DNA of 64,000 nucleotides from Octopus bimaculoides (Eukaryota): NCBI RefSeq assembly GCF_001194135.2, contig NC_068985.1, positions 4,820,254 to 4,884,253 of the forward strand, read 5' to 3'. Shown piece by piece: positions 14,101 to 29,100 of this stretch (position 1 is its first letter; each line of letters starts with the position of its first letter). The notes under the pieces were generated by a model. It saw only the letters and a program-made list of their open reading frames with translations, ran no database searches and was not told where the DNA came from. The position numbers and the translations under genes were made by a program.

Positions 14101-17100
14101 ACATTTTGTAAGAGTCTAGTTATTTGCCCACAAAACTCATCTAATAAAGGAATGTGGTTTACTACTTAGGGTTTTAACTCCACAATTATAAAGTAATGGC
14201 TTTGGTTCCTGGACCAAGAGGTACATTATGCCCCTGAGTAAAACAGTTCAGTATATTTCCCACCAGTCTACTTAGCTGACAATATGAAACAACTGAGCGG
14301 TGCTGGAGCCCTCTCTCAATCCAGCTATCATGTCCTCACTGTTGGGTGAAAGGTAGGATGGTTGAGAAGTTGTTTGTATTGAATTCTCACTGAATAGAAA
14401 CATAAAACACTTAAAGAAAGAATAGTGACTAGGGAAGCCATATTTGGGTTGCTGTGCATTAGCACAGTGGTGCTATGTCCATTTCAAACAATTAGAGCTG
14501 GCTGCTGAAGGATACCAGTAGCAACTTCTGCTGAGCAGTGAAACATGTGGTTTTCAATTTAGTCAATGGAAGGACACAGGACGACCAACAAATAACTTAC
14601 CCCCTTGCTTCAGCTTAGTGTTGTGGATGCCTGTTACCATCTAGTTTCATCAATGCAGTTGATACTGTGAATAATTCTTTTTTGTTCCAGCTAGTACAAA
14701 CTAACTTACCACTGCTTACAACTTCCCACTCACACCAACATAAGTTATTTCAGCTTCCCTGCTCACATACATACTTCACATACACATATCAGGCCTCAAC
14801 TCTCATTACTTGTCTGCAGTTGAATACTATTCCTCTTTTATTACCTGCTGGCACACTTGATACTGCTGAATAAAGTTTAATGTTGTTTCATAAATTCGTC
14901 TTCTGGATATTCTTTGTCAATGTCTCTTTAAGGAATCATCTCTAATACGTTCTTTTCAAGAATTACCTTCTGAAAATATCTTCTACACACTTCAATGTTA
15001 CATAGAGGAGACTTTCTTCAATATTCTCATTAGCAACTCTCTCCTCTATCAGTTACATAAATAAAACTCAATTATTACATAACTAAGAAAACTTCTATTG
15101 TTACATCAGTGATTCTTCCTACATATTACAATATTTACTAAAAAGTATAGTTTCATGCTGCTATCATCATCATCATCATCATCATCGTTTAACGTCCGCC
15201 TTCCATGCTAGCATGAGTTGGACGGTTTTGACTGAGTACTGGCGAACCAGATTGCTACACCAGGCTCTAATCTGATCTGGCAGAGTTTCTACAGCTGGAT
15301 GCCCTTCCTAACGCCAACCATTCCGAGAGTGTAGTGGGTGCTTTTATGTGCCGCCGGCACGAGGGCCAGTCACACGGCACTGGCAATGGCCTTGATCAAA
15401 AGGTGTTTTTCATGTGCCACCTGCACAGGAGCCAGTCCAGCGGCACTGGCAATGACCTCGCTGTGTGAGATAGCTATGTTTTTTTTTTCATGAATTATTT
15501 TTCTAAGTAATTGACTAATATTTTTTTTCTCACGTCTGGAAAGACGAAGGGCAATATTTTCTAGTGTGGAATTCAAAATAAGGCAATAATCTTCCTCCTT
15601 CATTAAAAGAAGTTGCAAAATATTCATCACATCTTGAAAAAAAAAAAAAAGAATAGAAGTGTAGGCGTTTTGGATATACTGGATCTTTCAGTACCAAGAT
15701 CTAGTATTTTTGTGAAGAAAGAAGACAAAATGGTAACAACTTCAACAACATTGCACATTTAGAACTGACCTGGAATTAACCCCATTGCATTTAACGTGTC
15801 CATATTCGGCCTAAATATTCTACCTGTTTCATATTCACATCAGCTACATTTGGCTTCTCAAACCTACTCTACAATGTCATTCTAAAAATAAATAATCAAA
15901 TCATTGAAGTCTTAAAGCTACAAGATCATGCATGATTAATTCAAAACAGTGTAAATAAATAAGCATTACATTTGACAGAGGAAACAAAGACTTTCTCTTT
16001 CATTAGTTTCAACATCAAAGTTGCAGTGGGTACTTCTACCTCCATAAATTCAACAACTTTTTGTTGTTATCAAGCTTCAATAAATGGGATGCTACACTGA
16101 ACTCACTGGCATTTCAATTCAGAAATTGCAAACATTAAACTAGTATATCAAAATCTTGTATACCATCAAGTCTCTTGCTCTTAATGCTGCACCAAATTAC
16201 TAATATTGAAAAGAGGTGTAGAATTCCAAAACAGAGAAGCAAAATAAGTTTGGAGAAGAGAATAAATATAATCTCTAGTTCTTAACAGAAAATGGCCTTC
16301 ACAGAAGGCAGCATATAATCATTTCATTTGCTCCATCATAGCAACTAAATCATCATTGACTACCATCTTTGAAACAGCAGCCACTTGTATTAACTTCTTC
16401 AATTTCATACATTGATCCAAAAGAAAGACAGTACTTTTATGATTTCTAATTATAGATGTCAGAATGTTGAAAGTTTTTGCAGGTTTATTTTTAACCTTTT
16501 AACTGTTTATTCCGTCAAATGCAATGCTTATTTGTCCATATTGTCCTGAATTAATCATGCATTATCTTATAGATAATGATCTTATAGATAATTGATCTTA
16601 TAGATAATGATCTTATAGATAATTGATCAAAACTTAACTGTTGGACATCTTTATATTCAGCTAAGTGCAAATGAGGACTTATAGCATGAGTGTGCCAGTG
16701 ACGATGGTGGTCGCCATTGCCAACCACCACTAGTTACCATTGCAGCTGCCATTACATTCACCACATAACTACTGCAATGAGAACATACATTGTTGTAGGT
16801 GTAACCTGTAGTTAGGTTGCTGCCGAATTTTAGAAAACCTTAAGAAATTATCTGCTAAATTAATCCCAAAACAGTAGGCACATTGCTCAGTAGCAACTTC
16901 CCAGGTGCAATCCCATGATCATTTATGGCAGGAAGGTTAAACTCTGAATAAAAAGGTAAAAAAAAAAACCCTGCACTGAATTTGAACCCAACACTTATGA
17001 ACTTGTAACCAAATATCTTATGCCCACAACCATTTCATTTCTACAGGATATCTACTTTGGCAGTTTGTAACTAAATAATACCAGATTTACAAACAAGTCA

Positions 17101-20100
17101 GTTATTTTTAGTTCTCTTGTAATTGTTTAGCCCGAGGTCTACTGCACTGTAAATAAATCATATCAACTAACCTCACGGCCTTTGAAGAATTCCTCTGCCA
17201 CTTTCCTGCAAAAGAAACAAACATATTTTCATCACATCATCACAATCATCATCATTATTTCTACATCAATGCACAAACGGAACCATTACAGAACTGTTAT
17301 TTTGTGTTTGTACATTTTATTATTTTAATCTAAATCTACAATACATTTGAACAGGTTCAATCTCTGATTATCACCAGGCATCATATTTGTGGATGTCTGT
17401 AGAGTATCAAACTGGAATGTATTTAGTGTACTAAGATTTCTCTGTCAGCAAAAGCAGCCATGGTGAGTGAATGTCAGTTTTAGGTATGTTTTAACTGGCT
17501 TTTTAACAAGAGCATGACTCTTGCTAATAGGTAAAGCATCTTGGTTTTCCAAAAGGAACAAATGAATAAATGATATCACAAAGTATTATAAATGCTTCAA
17601 ATTTTCATTAATTAAGCTTGAAACTCATCTTCGTTCATTCAAATTAAGCTTCTATAAATTACTCTAGAGAAAGACTTTTGTCATTGAATAACAAGCGATT
17701 CTTCCTTATCTCCATTCTATACTGCACACTGGCCAGTCCTTGGTCAGTTTTGGTAGCATATCAGGCATTTTCAGAAGAGGTTGCAAGCCCTTTGATTTAA
17801 CCCTTCCCCAATTATAGAGACAGAGACACTGTGAATGTGTCCTAAGATATTTTACACAGTATAATGGCACTAATGCAAAGAGAGTTAAGAATTGATCCTG
17901 GATTTGATTGGTAATTTATTTATCAGACCCAGGAGGATAGAAGGCAATGTTGACCTCTGTGGGATTTGAACTCATAGCAAAGTGTGCTGGAAAGAGAAGC
18001 ACAACACTTTCAATCTGACACTCTAATGATCCTTGCCACCATACAAATAATTAGTAACTTTTTAATAGTCCTCTAAGCACACATAGTTTAATAACCACTG
18101 GAGTATGAGATAAATATTTTGGTATGAAACAAGAGAAATTTCAGTCATAATGCTGATTACATGAAACTGCACCTTGTTACATATTGTGATATCACAGATT
18201 GGTTAATGATACCTTTCATCTCATTCCTTATTTGAATTATATGTCTTTTAACCCTTTAGTGTTGAAACTGTCCAAAATTAAATCCCCTTTATTTGTTCAA
18301 ACCGACCAAATCTGACAGTATCCAACTGCTCTACGAAATTGTTAGAAAAATAAACAAATCATGTTACTGAATTCTCGTAGCTTTGAGATAATGTGCAATG
18401 ATGCCTTTCCCACCCTCATTCAAGTATAAATACTGTGAAATTGTTTAGATCACAGGATTATTATATATAATGGTAAATATCTTTACATGACTTTGTAGCA
18501 CAGAAGGCTTTAAAAATATAACCACTTATATATTTGTTATTTTTTAATTTCAGCTTAAAAAAAATGAGATATTTTCAGGACAAAATGAACAAAGATAGGC
18601 AGATTCTATCGAAAGTTTTATATCATTATCCTCACCTAATATCTATCTTCCATGCCGGCATGGGTTGCCCAGTCTGACTGGAACTAGCAAGATGGAGAGC
18701 TGTAACAGGCTCCAGTCATCTGCTTAGCAAGGTTTCTATGGCTAGATGCCCTTCCTAATGCCAACCACTTTACAAAGTGTACTGACTGCTTTTATATGTA
18801 ACACCAGCACAAGTTGTTGGCAATTGTTCAATTCATTTCAGTGTGAACTGGGGAAAGAAATGATCTTGAACTGAAAATCCCACTCCCTTATTCTCTTCTT
18901 CCCGTCTCTGTTCTGTGGGTGTATGGAATAGGCTTGAGCCTTTTGTCTTGCAGTTAAATACATACAAACAAAAATAGTGTATTAAAAGTTGCATAACCAG
19001 GACTTACTGAAGTTGAAATAATGAACATAGATATTATGTGTTCTCTCATAAAAACAGTGTCATGGCTCTTGTTACTACATCACAGTCTCCTCATAATTCA
19101 AAGTCAAAATCAAAGTTAAACAGAGTGTTATAAAATTACATACTTGGCGTCTTCAGCTGATAGATTGTCTGGTTGCTCATTGATTATCTTTTCAAAAGCT
19201 TTATAATCCTAGAAGAGTTTACAATAAAAAGCATTTGTTGTAACTTTATAATAAAAAGCAATGACTTAACATTAACAGTTCTATTTTGGATTGGTTTCGA
19301 CTCTTCGATGAAACAAAACATTACCTGACTCACAGAAACACTTTAACCCTTTCGTTACTAACCCGGCAGTAGCCGGCCCAAAAATTTTTTGGTTCATAAG
19401 ACCAACCTGGCCGTAGCCAGCCGAGAGTACCCATTGTTATTTGAATGTACATTTGAACCCAAATCTCGTTAGTACATTCATTAAAACACCTGATTTCACT
19501 TTGTAAACAGTTGAGTTATTGTATCGGACATTGTTTGGCGTGATATTTGAACTCAGTGAATTTTGGAAGATTTTTTTCCACATTTTTTGCGGCGTTAGTT
19601 TTTTTTTCAACTTTGAAGATGGAAAGGAGTTTCATGCTATCAAGCAGTGATTCCGAATTTGAAAGTTTTTCAACAGAAGATATGGAGATATCGAAGAAAA
19701 GAATGAATGAGCTACAAAAGCACGTGGTGAACGATAATACATCGGATATTTCTGTATCCAAAACTGAAAACAGCGATTCTGAAAGCAGCGACGGCGACAG
19801 CGAGAATGATTTTACACCAGAATGGAGTAAAGATTTTTAAAATATTTTTATTAACAATTTTTCTGAGGAGACAGGGTCTACCCATAGTCTTTCTCAGGAA
19901 GCGAAACCTTTAGACTTCTTTTTCATGCTTGTTTGAAATGATTACTGCGGAAACAAATCGTTACACAGAATGTAAACAAGCCGGAAAAAAAGGTAGCTTG
20001 TGGTTTCCTGCAACTGTAGATGAAATACGGGCATTTTTTGCCATAAATATTATTGTGGGTATTAGACAGTTACCCAGAACAACAAATTACTGGAGCGATC

Positions 20101-23100
20101 AGGAACCTTTTGGCGATGAATATATTTCCAGTATTATGAACGAGTACGATTCATGAAGCTGAACCAATATTTACATGTGAGAGACACTAGAAGTACCCCA
20201 GAGACGAAAATTATGCAATAGAATTGATTAAGAACCCTTTCTTTAATTATGTTCCAAATATCACATTAATATGTTGATAAATAAAGAAGTTACAGGTGTT
20301 TAATGAGACTAGTCTAAATTCATGATTATTTTAGAATTTAATTNNNNNNNNNNNNNNNNNNNNNNNNNNNNNNNNNNNNNNNNNNNNNNNNNNNNNNNNN
20401 NNNNNNNNNNNNNNNNNNNNNNNNNNNNNNNNNNNNNNNNNNNNNNNNNNNNNNNNNNNNNNNNNNNNNNNNNNNNNNNNNNNNNNNNNNNNNNNNNNNN
20501 NNNNNNNNNNNNNNNNNNNNNNNNNNNNNNNNNNNNNNNNNNNNNNNNNNNNNNNNNNNNNNNNNNNNNNNNNNNNNNNNNNNNNNNNNNNNNNNNNNNN
20601 NNNNNNNNNNNNNNNNNNNNNNNNNNNNNNNNNNNNNNNNNNNNNNNNNNNNNNNNNNNNNNNNNNNNNNNNNNNNNNNNNNNNNNNNNNNNNNNNNNNN
20701 NNNNNNNNNNNNNNNNNNNNNNNNNNNNNNNNNNNNNNNNNNNNNNNNNNNNNNNNNNNNNNNNNNNNNNNNNNNNNNNNNNNNNNNNNNNNNNNNNNNN
20801 NNNNNNNNNNNNNNNNNNNNNNNNNNNNNNNNNNNNNNNNNNNNNNNNNNNNNNNNNNNNNNNNNNNNNNNNNNNNNNNNNNNNNNNNNNNNNNNNNNNN
20901 NNNNNNNNNNNNNNNNNNNNNNNNNNNNNNNNNNNNNNNNNNNNNNNNNNNNNNNNNNNNNNNNNNNNNNNNNNNNNNNNNNNNNNNNNNNNNNNNNNNN
21001 NNNNNNNNNNNNNNNNNNNNNNNNNNNNNNNNNNNNNNNNNNNNNNNNNNNNNNNNNNNNNNNNNNNNNNNNNNNNNNNNNNNNNNNNNNNNNNNNNNNN
21101 NNNNNNNNNNNNNNNNNNNNNNNNNNNNNNNNTATATATGTGTACTAGCAGTATAACCCGGCGTTGTCCAGGTGTGACTTATTATGCCATCTACGATAAG
21201 TCTTGCTAGGTGAAAATCAACTTAAAAAAAGAGAAAGCCTTACAACGAAAAAACCCTTATGATGTAAATATGTTCATAATTTAAAAGGTGATGAAATTAA
21301 TAGGGAAAGTCTGAAAGCTGTTTTGCGTAACATTATTAAGCGTATGTTCAGAAATTTAAGAAAGGTGTTATGCTATCATTTGATCTGTTCAGCTACATTT
21401 TCAACTATCATCATCATTTAATGTATGTTTTCCATGGTGGCATGGGTTGGACAGTCTGACAGGAGCTGACCAGGGTCCATGTATGTTTTTGCATTGTTTC
21501 TAGAACTGGATACCCTTCCTAATGCCAACCACTTTACAGAGTGCACTGGATGATTTTATGCAGCACCAGCATGGGTGTGCATAAGTGGAACTAGACTGGG
21601 TGGATTTTATGTGGCACCAGCACCCATGAGCCTCCAAGATTATGAATGCTCAGCTAGAGAAGGTTACAGTGAGCATGCCTGTATGCAAGGACAACTCCAC
21701 CTCTACTTAGCTTGACATGTCATCTGATCTGCTCAGCTACATCTTCGTCAGCTATCATCATCATTCAATGTCTGTTTTCCAGGCTGGTATGGGTTGGACA
21801 GTCTGACAGGAGCCAACCAGGCTCCATTTCTGTTTTTGCAAGGTTTCTACAGCTGAATGCCCATCCTAATGCCAACCACTTTACAGAGTGTACTGGATGC
21901 TTTTATGCAGCACTAGCATGGGTGTGTATAGGTGGCACTAGACTGGGTTGATTTTATGTGGCACCAGCACCCATGAGCCTCCGTTAGAGAAGGATGCAGT
22001 GAGCATGCCTGTATGCAAGGACAACCCCACCTCTGCTTAGCTTGACATGTCTTGTCAAGCACAGCAAGCCACCAGGAGCCCCAGTCCCTGTCCTGTCATT
22101 CCCTCCATGAGACCCAACATCTGAAGATCCTCTCTCCCCACTTCATCCCACATCTTCCTGGGTCTACCCCTTCTGCTTTAAAAGCAGATGGTGGTGTTAA
22201 ACTGGGTGGCATGTAAACCCTGTACCCAGTTTCCTGATAAAGCAAAGGAGTTTGATGTAAACCAAACAGCTGGTCATCTTATGTTCATATGAATGAAAAT
22301 AACGACCTGTAGATTGGAAATCATCATCATCATCATAGTTTTAACATTCACATTTTATAGCTTTCGCGGGTTTGGCAGAATTCATTCACGTAGATGTTTT
22401 TTACAGTGTAAGGATTTAGACTCTCATGGAAAGACAACTGGAGCTAAACAACAATAACTGTAATAGTAACAACAATAGCCACAAAAATCACAATCAATGC
22501 TGCTGCTGCAACTAGTGCTAATGCTGTTACTGAAGCTACTGGTGGTGGTGGTGGTGCTACTGCAGCTACGTCCACTATTTTAAAAAAGGAAGACCTCCAG
22601 CAATTCACATTCAAAAGTAAAACAACATTAAATCTAAAAACGACTGTTAAGGGCTCTGGTTGGATGAGATAAAAGGATGAGGGATAACAAGTCTGTGGTT
22701 AGGATGCTCACATTAACATAGCATCTACTAACTTATTTCCAACAGCTACACAAACTCAACTTGCTACCTTCTACATAAATAAAAAGTAAGGACTAACCTT
22801 GTGCATTCCAAAATATTCTTCTGCTAGTTTCCTACAAAAGGAATAAAAAAATACACATCATCATTACCATAGTTATTGTCACCACTATCACCGCCAACAA
22901 CAACAACAGCAGCAGCAGCAGCAACAGCAACAACAACAACAACGCTGCCACCACTGCCATCATCACCATCATCATTTAGTGTCTACTTTTTATGCTGACA
23001 TGGATTAGACAGCATGACTGGAGTTGGTAAACCAGAGAGTTGCACTAGGTTCCAGTCAGATTTGGCAAGGCATCTACAGCTGGATGCCCTTCCTAACGCC

Positions 23101-26100
23101 AAGAGTGTAAAGGGTGTCTTTAACAAGCCACTGGCATGGGTGCTGTTATGTGCTACCAGCACAGGTGCACTTCTATGTCACCAGCACAGGTGCCAGTTAT
23201 GTGGCACTGGCATCAGCCAAGACTACAACTTTACTTCGCTTGACGAGTCTTCTCAAGCACGGCATATCGCCAATGGTCTTGCTCATTTGTCATCGCTTTT
23301 GTGAGTCCCAGTTTTGAAGATCATGCTTCACCACCTCGTGCCATGTCTTCCTGGGTCTACCTCTTCCACAGGTTCCCTCCACAGTGACCGAGTGGCACTT
23401 TTTTATACAGCACAGTCATCTCTCTTGCACACCATGCCTTATGCCTCTTATTCTCAATTTTTCTCTCAAAACTCTTACACTATGTCATACAATCAGACTG
23501 ACATTGCACATCCAGTAAAGCATACTAGCTTCATTTCTTTCAAGCTGTCATCTGCCCACAGCCTATGTTTCACTGCTGTGTAGTATGGTTGTTTGCACAC
23601 TGGCATCATACAATCCGCCTTTCACTTTGAGGGAGAGGTCTAGAGTTACCAACAAAGGTGGAAGCTCTCTTAACTTTGCCCAGCCTATTCTTATTCTAGC
23701 AGCTATGCTCTTGGAGCACCCACCTCCACTGCTGACTCTATCACCTAGATAATGAAAACTATCAACTACTTCTAGGTACCTCCCACCACATTTGGCATTT
23801 AATGGAATCCATTTTCTGTACAGCTCTAGTGTTTATTGTACTTGTACATCTACCACACACAAAAACTTTTTTCTCTGTTAACCTTCTTCTGATATAGCTG
23901 AACCTCTACAATTAATTTTATCTTTAGAAATGGATTTTTCTTCTTTTTAATATTGGAACCTACATTTGGACTTCATTTCAATTAGTTTCATTTCTGAACC
24001 CCATTACAAGTTTTATTCTTGGCTTAATGCATGGTACCAGACCATTAATATTTAGTAAAGACAGAAATATTGGTTTCAAATTTTGGCACAAGGCCTGCAA
24101 TGTCAACTGGTACTTATTTTATCGACCCTCAAAAGAAAGAAAGCAAAGGTGACCTTGGTGAGATATAAACTCAGAAAGTGAAGATGGACAAAATGCCACT
24201 AAGCACTTTGCCTGTCATAGCAACAATTCTGCCAGCTCACCACCATAGCAAACACAGAAATATTGAACTGATGTCACTACTGGCCTTACTAATTGCATTA
24301 TTGGTAAGACGTATATGTCCTGATTCTTTGATTCTCATGAGTTTCCCACTTTGGAATTACGAAATCTTCATTCTATAGCATTATATTAATTCATTTCTCA
24401 CTCATGTTATACAAGGCCTTCCATAAATGTATGGTATGTTGTAAATGCTAATGATTCTGCCACCCAATATAAACCCATATATTGTTATCATATTTACACA
24501 CCACAATCTCCTCCTTTCATTAACAGTAAAAATTGAAGTTAAACAAAATGTAATAAAAATATTTACTTAGTTTTTTCTGTATCGAGATATGGAGGATAGG
24601 TAAGTTCCATATAAAAATCTTCATAATCCTACAAATATTCAAAATGAAAGCATATGTTTAGACTTTATAATAAAATTAATGATCTAACATCAGTAGTTCT
24701 ATTTTACCATGTAATTGACTCTTCAATCAAAATGAATATTGCTTGACTTCCTGAAGCAATTGGTTGTTTTGCTTCTCTACATCCACAGCAACATCAAATT
24801 TCAGATATTTCAGGAACATTGGAATAATTCCAGAACATATTGTTTCAATCAACTTTGTACTGTAGGAAAATTAAAGTAATAATTTCTAAACAAAGCACAA
24901 GATCACACATTTTGTAGGAGTCTAATTATTTGCAACACAGAGCTTGACTAATAAAGAAATGTGGTCTACAACTTCAGGTTTGGTTCCTTGACCAAGAGGT
25001 AAATTATGCCCCTGAGTAAAACAGTTCAGTATATTTTCCTCCAGTCTACTTAGCTGACACTAAGCAACAGCTGAGTGGTGCTGGAGCCCTCCCTCACTCC
25101 AACTATCATGTCCTCACTGTTGGGTGAAAGGTAGGATGGTTGAGAAGTTGTTTGTACTGAAGTATCACTACAAAGACACATAAAGCACATATTGAAAGTA
25201 TAGTTTCATGTTATCATATTATTTTGTGTGAGATAGCTCTGTTTTGTTTTTGTTGTGAGTCACTTTTCTAAATACTCGTCTAAAAGGTTGTATGAGTAAG
25301 AAGTTCATGTTGTAACTAAATGGTTTTGCACACAATCTCATTGCCCCACAAATTGGGCAAGTGTCTACCATCACAGTTATGAACTGACTAATATTTTGTG
25401 AGCTGAGTTTAATAAATGGAAATTGTACAGAAGATCACTGTATGCTGCCACCTTCACACATATTTGCTTTATAGAAAAAACTGATGCCTTTTGAATAAAG
25501 TACTCAGCTGCAGCTGCTTCATTGTCTTCCCAATCACAAATAAAGTGAAACAGTCTAAAGTGACTGACTGACTGGTTGGAAACAAATAAACATGAACCTT
25601 ATATACAAAAATATAAATGAATCTGTATGTCTTGCAAAACAATGGAGCTGTGTGACTGAAAATGGTATTTTTTACGGCAGACCAGATGTTGCCTATGCAT
25701 ACAATCCTCTGCCTCACCATACTAACAGTGTAACCAAGGGAAATGTGAAGACTGATACAACTTGGTTTCAGTATCATCAGATGTTTCTGTCAGTAGCTAA
25801 AAAAAAACAACAAAACAAACCAGAAAACCCTCATCTGAAGCTTTGTCAGTCTTTGTAATCCATTGCTCTCAGCTGGAACTACTATTATCAAACAAAAAAC
25901 AATGAAAATTAAAGTCACTTTTAAATGTTTGGAACTAAAACAAATACTGCAAGGCATTCTCTCTGACGCTCAAACTAATTGGTCAATATAATATCATAGA
26001 AATAAATAAAAAGCAACAACTAACCTTTGAAAAGCATTTTTCTGCTATTTCCCTACAAAAGTAAAAAAACATTTTCAAGAAAGAGAACCATTATAGATTC

Positions 26101-29100
26101 GTATATGTAAAAAAAGTTTCCATATGTCTTAAACAAGCCATGTTGATGGCACTTTCAAACCTGCAGACATCTTCGAGAACTAGTAATGTTCCTTGGTAAA
26201 AATGCTATGTCAAGGATTACTGGTACTTTTCAAATATCACTGGGCAGAAAGTTCTCAAGAACAGAGCACTTAGTTTGTTGCCATTGGTACCCAGAGATTC
26301 CTTGAAGAATGTCATCAATCTACCCTGCTACTAGTTCATTAGTTCTTTATAAATTACAAATGTAAAAATTCCACCAGTTGCATTATTCAGCAGCAGGTGG
26401 GTGGCTGTGAGCATTTGACAACATTCCAGATGCCAGGACTGCAGCATTGTCCAAGAGATGAGCTGAGAAAAGGTTTGCTTGACAAAAGGCATCAAAGCTT
26501 GCACAATGCAAGTGAATCTCTGTAAATGTTTTGGTCTCAGCACACATCAACAGTCATTGGATATTGGGAAATTGCACAGAGGATGTCAGCAGCAGATAAA
26601 TTACCTGACACAGAAAACATTCCTTCATGATAAAGCAAATAAGGGTATGCAAGAATTGCATAGTAAAATATTTTGTATAACATTTACTTGTGTGGTATTA
26701 TTAGTGAATGAACAAAAAATATTTACATTAAAAATTACAGAGTTCTTTAAATGCTTCAAATTCTCATTAATTACATTAGAAATTCTTATATAATTAGTGA
26801 ACATTAATTCAAGTCAATCAACAAAAGTAGTAATTGAATAAAGAATGATTCTGCATTATATCTCATCTTCAACTGAAAATTATCGCCTTTCTGTTTTTTA
26901 TTCATTGTTTTGGTTTTTCCATTCGAGTGACTTGCTTGGACCACTGTAACTCTTCAACACCAGATGTGATTGAATGATGAGGCATGAACATCTGGTCTGT
27001 TCTAGTCCCATTGGTCTTTCTACTGCTGAAATATTTCATCTGTGTACACCATGACAACAGATGATACTAATAGTTCACTAACTGAATTGGTTGATTTTGG
27101 CCATTGACAGTTTCCTATCTGTTCAGCCACTCAGCATCTAGTCATATTTGCCATTGACTCAATAAGCTCATCTGCCAAAATAGTTCACATCCATGATTTT
27201 AACATACCATAGCTTGGGTGGTTACATACAACTTCTCCTGCTGGGACTCTGCCAGGTGCTACAGATCCAGATCAGAGTAGACTTGGGAACAACAATGGCT
27301 AAGAGGGGGTTTCACACTCCTCACAACCTTGAAACTCCTGTACCAGAGTTCCACAACTTGCCAGAGTTTATAGTCAAATCCAAGATTTTTAGTTAAATAA
27401 ATAAATTAAAAAATGGTGTAAGAAAAAGCTGCATAACTAGGGCTTACTGAAGTGGAAATACTGAATATACATTTCATTGTCTCTCACGTCAACATTGTCA
27501 TGACCTCTCTTAGTATTTTCTACATATACATCCTAATATTGTTATCACATCTATACATCACAGTTTTCTCATATAATTAAAAGCAAAAATAAAATTTAAG
27601 AAAGGTGTTATAAAATAACTTACAAAGCTTTTTCAAAATCAATCCAGTTTGGAAACCAACTCATTTCTTTTTTAAACTGTTCCTAGAAAAGTTTATAATA
27701 AAAGCATTTGTTGTAACTTTATAATAAAAGTAATGATTAGACATTAATAGTTCAATTTTTGATTGCTTTGGACTATTCGATGAAAGTAAACATTATCTGA
27801 CTTAGAGAAACACTTCAATTGTTTTGCTTCTTGATATCCATAATAACATCAAGTTCGGCATGTATGATTTAAAACAAGACAGGGAAGGAATACAAAAATA
27901 ATTCCAGAGTGTATTGTTTCAAACAAATCTATGGTTTACTAAAACTAAAATGATTTTTAACATTAACTGGCACTCTGTTGGTTACAATAATGATACAGTT
28001 GATCAGGCCAATGGAACAGCCTGCTCATGAAATTAATATGCAAGTGGCTGAGCACTCCACAGATACATGTAACGTTAACATAGTTTTCAGAGAAATTCAG
28101 CACAACACAGAACATGACAAGGTTGGCCCTTTGAAATTCAGGTACAAACTCATTTCTGCCAGCTGAGTGAACTAGAGCAATGTGAAATAAAGTGTCTTGT
28201 TCAAGGACATGATGTGCTGCTGGGAATCAAACTCATGACCTTATGACCTTATAACAACTAAGCCACATACCTTCACAATTTCTGACATAGGTGTCTAACC
28301 ACAAACTTTGCCAGTGTGATATAGTCTATGTAGGGAGAAGAAAATGTTGTTATTGCTGAGAGAGAAATACAGTGAGATAGCGAGAGTGTGTATGAAAGAT
28401 AGATAGACAGGTAGTGTTGTCACCATAGTAACTAACAAGTTTTAATTAAAATGCAGGAATTTTAAGTACAAGTCATTCAAACAAATCAACACAAACTTAA
28501 AAACAAACAAAACTTTCACTATGTAAAAATAGCGATAGTTATTCTTTTGGTTGCTTGTGTATGGGTGTGTGTGTGTGTGTGTATGAAAGACAAATAGAGA
28601 GGCAGAGTGTTGTCACCAGAATAACGAACAAGACTTTCCCTATATATAAGTTTACTACAAAAGGGTGGTGCATGCATGATTAACAAATATTTTCACTGGT
28701 AATGTGTAAAGACCTAGTATTTTACAAACCTTGGAAGGATAAAAGGGATAACTGACCCCCNNNNNNNNNNNNNNNNNNNNNNNNNNNNNNNNNNNNNNNN
28801 NNNNNNNNNNNNNNNGAAAAGGGATGTAAATGGTCTGCAAGTAAACAATGACATCCCAAGTAATAAAATTGAATAGGATTCATTAAAGAAATAATGAAAA
28901 TCTTTGTCTTTGATTAACTTCAACCAAGAAATCAGTTTCTCTTTCATTTAACAAAGTCAACAGCCGTAGCAATAATAGACACAAAAAGCAGAAGATGATT
29001 GCTGCTGTGGTTACATCTATCATAACTAGTTGCACTGTTAATAATTACCCTCCCACCAAATAAATATCTGGTAAACTTAAAACGAATGTTAAGGGCTCTG

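Noticed and set aside
16564-16628. Short direct-repeat arrays (also 34204-34255 and 59775-59951) considered as CRISPR-like
   Set aside because: Head-to-tail repeats with no unique spacers, in a eukaryotic intron with no cas genes.
26331-26793. Duplicated ORFs 26331..26543(-)/39083..39295(-) and 26479..26793(+)/39231..39632(+)
   Set aside because: They are similar only because the intron tract is duplicated. There are no recognisable domains; a faint pogo-like LDNA/FLP resemblance has the wrong spacing.
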